Below are positions 59,765-64,000 of a stretch of DNA of 64,000 nt, one piece after another. The notes under the pieces are model-generated. The model was given only the letters and a program-made list of their open reading frames with translations. It was not told where the DNA came from and did no database searches. How positions within the stretch are numbered: position 1 is the stretch's first letter; each line of letters opens with the position of its first letter. This stretch comes from Phyllobates terribilis (taxonomy: Eukaryota), in NCBI RefSeq assembly GCF_046119375.1, contig NW_027362762.1, positions 298,282,001 through 298,346,000 on the forward strand, in the 5' to 3' direction. The position numbers were made by a program, and so were the translations under genes.

Positions 59765-62050
59765 TATTATAGAAGACTCATTAATGAAATTCTGCTCACT
59801 TTGTAGAACAGTTCTATTGAAAAAAAAAATTATATAAAATGGAAGGCAAAGTCAAAAGTGAATTATATGAAGAAAAACTAGTGTACATTTTCTCTTGGTT
59901 GTAGGGTTGTTAGCTTAAAAGGTTTATAATAAATGGGGGAGTGGCTAAAACTCTTAAAATGAGTCTGTGACACCAAAAAAGTGATTTCAATTCCTTTTAC
60001 AGTACTATAGTGAACTTAGCCTATATAACACCCATGCATGCAATATAGATTTTACTACTTTACTTGGACAGAAAAACAACTTCATTTCACATGTCAAAGA
60101 GGGCTCATCAGTGCACCATTCCATTCCCTCAATCAACATGCTGAGCATCTCCTATTAGCCATAGTAGACTGCATCTGAGAGTCTGCCTCCAGTAGGCATA
60201 CACGCCCAAAAATGATGCACGTCAGAGTGCACGTTTTTATCTGTCTGCACCATTATAGTCTATGGCCCTATCGGCGCGTACATCAGAATCATTTTTTGCG
60301 GGGGGGGGGGGGGTTGGACGTAAGCCTTGAAGGGGCCACTGAACAAGTGCCTAAACGCAATGTCAAAGAACCATGAAATGCAAATATTACATTACCAACA
60401 TTCGCAAATTCGCCTGTGCTTCAAAATAACAAACAGGGTTGTTTGCTAAATGAATGATGACATGCTACCTATGTCTGTATATAGCGACTCAAGTGTATTG
60501 TGCCAACTACTGCTCATATAGAGGTAGCCCACCGGGGGATACATCTGTTTGCCTGTGGGCCAGTCTGAGCTTTATGGCATATAATGAATTATGAAAGGGG
60601 TCTTCTCAAGTTTGAAAGTTATCCCCTAAACATAAGTTTGGGGTTAATACTTCCTGATTGCTAGAAACCAAAAATAACTCCATTAATCCCGAACATCAGG
60701 AGTCTAGAGAGCCCCATGTGATTAGAGTGGAGGTCAAACATGGTCACTACAACTCTGCTCATTCTTATGGGAGTGGCAAACATCAGCCAAGCACCGCGCT
60801 CAGCTATTTCTGGAGTCAGTGTGCATGATCGACTACGACTCCATTCACACGGGACTTTTCAGAGCCCTGGTTCCGCAGAATCAGATGAGGTCTCAGTGGT
60901 TGGACCCCCAGCAATATGGACGCTATCCGCTATCCAGTGGATATGGATCACTTCCAAACTTGGGAATACCCCTTTATATTCCATTCTGATTATGAATGTG
61001 GAGTTTCTATTCTGTAGCAGAAAAGTATGAACACATTATCTGTCCATATTTGCACACTCCCTATACATGTTCTTGAAAAGGTTAAAAACATATACCTTAC
61101 TCATAAATAAGAAAATACCTAATAAAAACAGGCCAATTTATTTACAATGGAGTGCAAAGACAGACTACAAAAGCATGTGCATCGCTAGTACTGGCAATCC
61201 TGGTTTTCTTCCCCGTTATAATCTTTAGCATCAATTGACAGTTTGTTTAGTTCTCTCCTGGGTTGGTTTACAATCATGCATTTCTTATTACAAATTTTAT
61301 CCTGTAACTGCATGTGGTAGGAAGAATAAACAGGGGCAATTTCATAGGACAAACGACTGATTGCTGTTAATGAGCCAGTACGTTAGTTAGTATATTGCTG
61401 ATTCCTGTTTTTCTCTCTCAGTTTGACTTCATCAGTACAGCTTTAAGGGTTACCCCCTATGAAATGTTTTAAATGAGCAGTTCCTGGGGCTAAATATTTA
61501 TTAAATCGCTTCTGCCAAACTTTGGTATCTGGAATATTCAAGCTCTAATCAAAATATTCAAGATGGATAGACACGTCCCACTGATCCAAGGGACACAGGA
61601 ATTCAGTGAAAGCTACACAGCAGCAGGGTTTAACAGCGGCACATTGCTATGGGTGGGTGGAGGAGCCTTGAAACTCACAGACACTTTCACCTGTGGGAAG
61701 GAACCTTCCTAATAAGACAGCAGCCCAACAAGCCAGAAAGGGTCAACAGAGTGTCTGATCGATGAGAAGGATTAGTTTCAAGGATCGCGTAGGAATCCTT
61801 GTCTATTGCATTTACAGGATGGAATAGGGATGATAGATTTAGGACATTAATCAAATTTTGAAACCCAAAATTCATAGTACAAAATTAAAATATAAGATCA
61901 CCTGAAAGTCAAAACTAAAATAAACAATGGCAGATGTTTTTGGATTCGCCAATATTATTACATGCTACCTATCCTGCAGCCATTGATCCCCAAGGAGAGA
62001 AAATACACCATTCACAAAAAACGCATCTATTATCCAACCATGCTATTATA

Positions 62051-62789
62051 TGAGGGTCAGTCAATAAGTAATGCCTCCTATTTTTTTTCTCCTTAAATAA
62101 GCTAGTTATGTTAAATATTCGAATTTGGCACAATTCCTCAAACCTTCTTCTCCAATCCACAGCAATTGCAACTTCCTGCACCAATAGGTGGCAGGACTGT
62201 ATCCGTTTGCAAAATGGCTGCCATCGATGTTTGTATTAGACAACGTTCTGTGATTGAATTCTTGCATGCAGAAGGTGAAACGCCCATTCGAATTCATGAG
62301 AGACTGAAAAATGTGTACAGTGATGCAACAGTGGATGTCAGTACTGTTAGACCATGGGTTCGTCGCTGTAACACAGCTGAAGGGCCATCACCGTTGGCTG
62401 ACAAAATGCGGAGTGGCAGGCCAGTAACCGCAGTGACTCCAAGCAACATTCAGCGAGTCGATGACATCATCCGTGGTGACCGCCGGGTGACTGCAGATGA
62501 ATTGTGTGGCATTATCTGCCTCAGTAAAGGCAGTGTGATGAAAATTATTGGACAACTGGGATACAGAAAAGTTTGTGCACGGTGGGTCCCAAGAATGCTT
62601 TTTACCATGCTGGAATACATGCCCTTGTTAAACAGTGGACCAAGACTGTGGAGATGGATGGAGATTATATTGAAAAGTGACAAATTAATGGTTAATGTTG
62701 TGGTTTTCAACCTATGTAATTGCATTTGAATTTCTTGCCAATTAAAAGGAGAAAAAAAATAGGAGGCATTACTTATTGACTGACCCTTG
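62051..62789 (+). mobile_element. Internally deleted mariner element
   Basis: TA-flanked TIRs of about 40 bp (TGAGGGTCAGTCAATAAGTAATGCCTCCTATTTTTTTTCTCC). ORF from ATG 62214 with paired HTH, RSGRP and WVPRML, then fused to out-of-frame C-terminal sequence; DDD core absent. Confidence 0.9.
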
Positions 62790-62989
62790 TATATGGTTTA
62801 CAAGGTGTGATTAAAACATGATAATCCATTGTATCTTCCAAAAAGTCAGGATAGAGGTCTTTTATAGGACATTCGATTGTTACAACCATTTTGGGGTATA
62901 TTTTGCAATGAATCAATTACAACAGGGGGTTTGGTTTACTACAGGTTAAGGTCAAGACTTACAAGAATCTATGATCCAACACAACTGGA

Positions 62990-63700
62990 ATTAAGACCTC
63001 CGTGTGAACCATGTGTGTAAGAAACCACCGGGGAAAAAAAAAAGTATAAATGTAGGGGACCACAATGTAAACCTAATGAAGACTAAACAAAAATATATTT
63101 TTATTAGATATCCATTAAAATACAATTACATAGGAGCAAAAGAATTAAGATACAAGCATCCCAATAAGAGGCAGAGCACACATCTACAAGTCCTTTTAAT
63201 GAAGGGTATAGATCACTATCCAGAACAGTGCCATGTAAATTACTCCCACAATCAATATGCACTACAAGAGGGAGAGAGGGGGTGAGACTGAATGCATGAA
63301 GGCGGCTGTCTCTATTAAACCCTACCAAACCCTTCCTAACTGAGCAAGTGGGTACTCTAAAGATTCAATATGGTGCACTTACTCAATGTAGACTCTCCCT
63401 TAAAAGGACCCCATTAGGACACCTAAATCTAAGCGGCACTGGTAAGCAAAGACAAGTGTAAGTGAATTACCCATAAACTGGCAACATAGCAAAAAAGGTA
63501 AAGACGTTTTCCCAAAGTGAAAAGACCAATATAGCTAATATCCCAGTGGACATTTGATAGTAGGAAATAACAAAAATCCCAAGTTGAAAACAAAGATAAA
63601 GCTTATTTCCTTAAATATCAGGCCATCGTCTTGACGCATTTCCCGCCACAGTCCAGAGTTTCAACAGGAGACAATCCAGGTTGAAATGCATCGAACGATT
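62990..63700 (-). mobile_element. Possible Penelope-like pseudo-LTR relic with a degenerate hammerhead motif at 63627-63673
   Basis: Minus strand TGTCTC-CTGTTGA-N18-GAAA-TGCG-TC-AAGACG; no Penelope ORF seen. Confidence 0.35.
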
Positions 63701-63819
63701 GCCTGAAATATAAAGAGAAAGGTATGTGGGTTGTTTTTTTTTAAATATGTGTATGGAATGTGTGCCTGTATATAGGTGGCTATATGACGACTCATATTGC
63801 CAAAAGGGAAGCTGAGGGC

Positions 63820-64000
63820 TCATAATATATACAGGGGGCTATATAATGGCTCATACCGTATATAGGGGCTCATATTGTATATAGGGGCTACGTGGGGACT
63901 CACTGTGTATAGGGGGCTAGTACTGTATAAATGGGGATTATGTGGGGGCTCCCTGTATAAAGAGGGCTATGTGAGGGACTCATTCTGTATATAAGGGTAC
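63820..64000. repeat. Degenerate GGGGGCT/TATA-rich minisatellite running off the window end
   Basis: Recurring GGGGGCT(A/C), CTGT(A/G)TATA and TGTGGGG motifs. Confidence 0.7.

Noticed and set aside
63611-63823. Minus-strand ORF with a good acceptor (tttcag|GCAATCG) as the next upstream PCCA exon
   Set aside because: No frame resembles the expected DPYKxFGLPSIGRLSQYQEP exon, which I could not find in 57391-64000 and which probably lies outside the window.

Overview
Eukaryotic (vertebrate, most likely anuran) genomic DNA, not prokaryotic: no operons, CRISPR, rRNA or tRNA genes were found. The whole window appears to lie inside a minus-strand PCCA gene (propionyl-CoA carboxylase alpha). Four coding exons are present: 57322-57390, 56745-56820, 38423-38533 and 22297-22399, all GT-AG with compatible phases. 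The introns are packed with transposable elements. (1) A very young, intact Gypsy/Ty3 LTR retrotransposon (523-8345) with 992-bp LTRs, CACA TSD, tRNA-Ser PBS and a U_UUA_AAC plus pseudoknot gag-pol frameshift signal, nested with an L1 3' fragment in a piggyBac-like non-autonomous element. (2) An 11-kb hAT element (10872-21860) with a decayed BED-finger transposase and about 5.5 kb of hierarchical tandem repeats, interrupted by a solo LTR. (3) A Tc1 and a complete but decayed DIRS1 element that split a TTAA MITE; the DIRS ORF1 appears to need removal of a 73-nt spliceosomal intron. (4) A full-length CR1 LINE with intact esterase ORF1 and APE-RT ORF2 and six identical-looking 128-bp octamer-containing 5' monomers. 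(5) Further Tc1/mariner relics, MITEs, a second solo LTR, a V-SINE, a telomere-like array inside a piggyBac-like element, and a possible vestigial Penelope hammerhead. All calls come from reading the sequence; no database searches were run.
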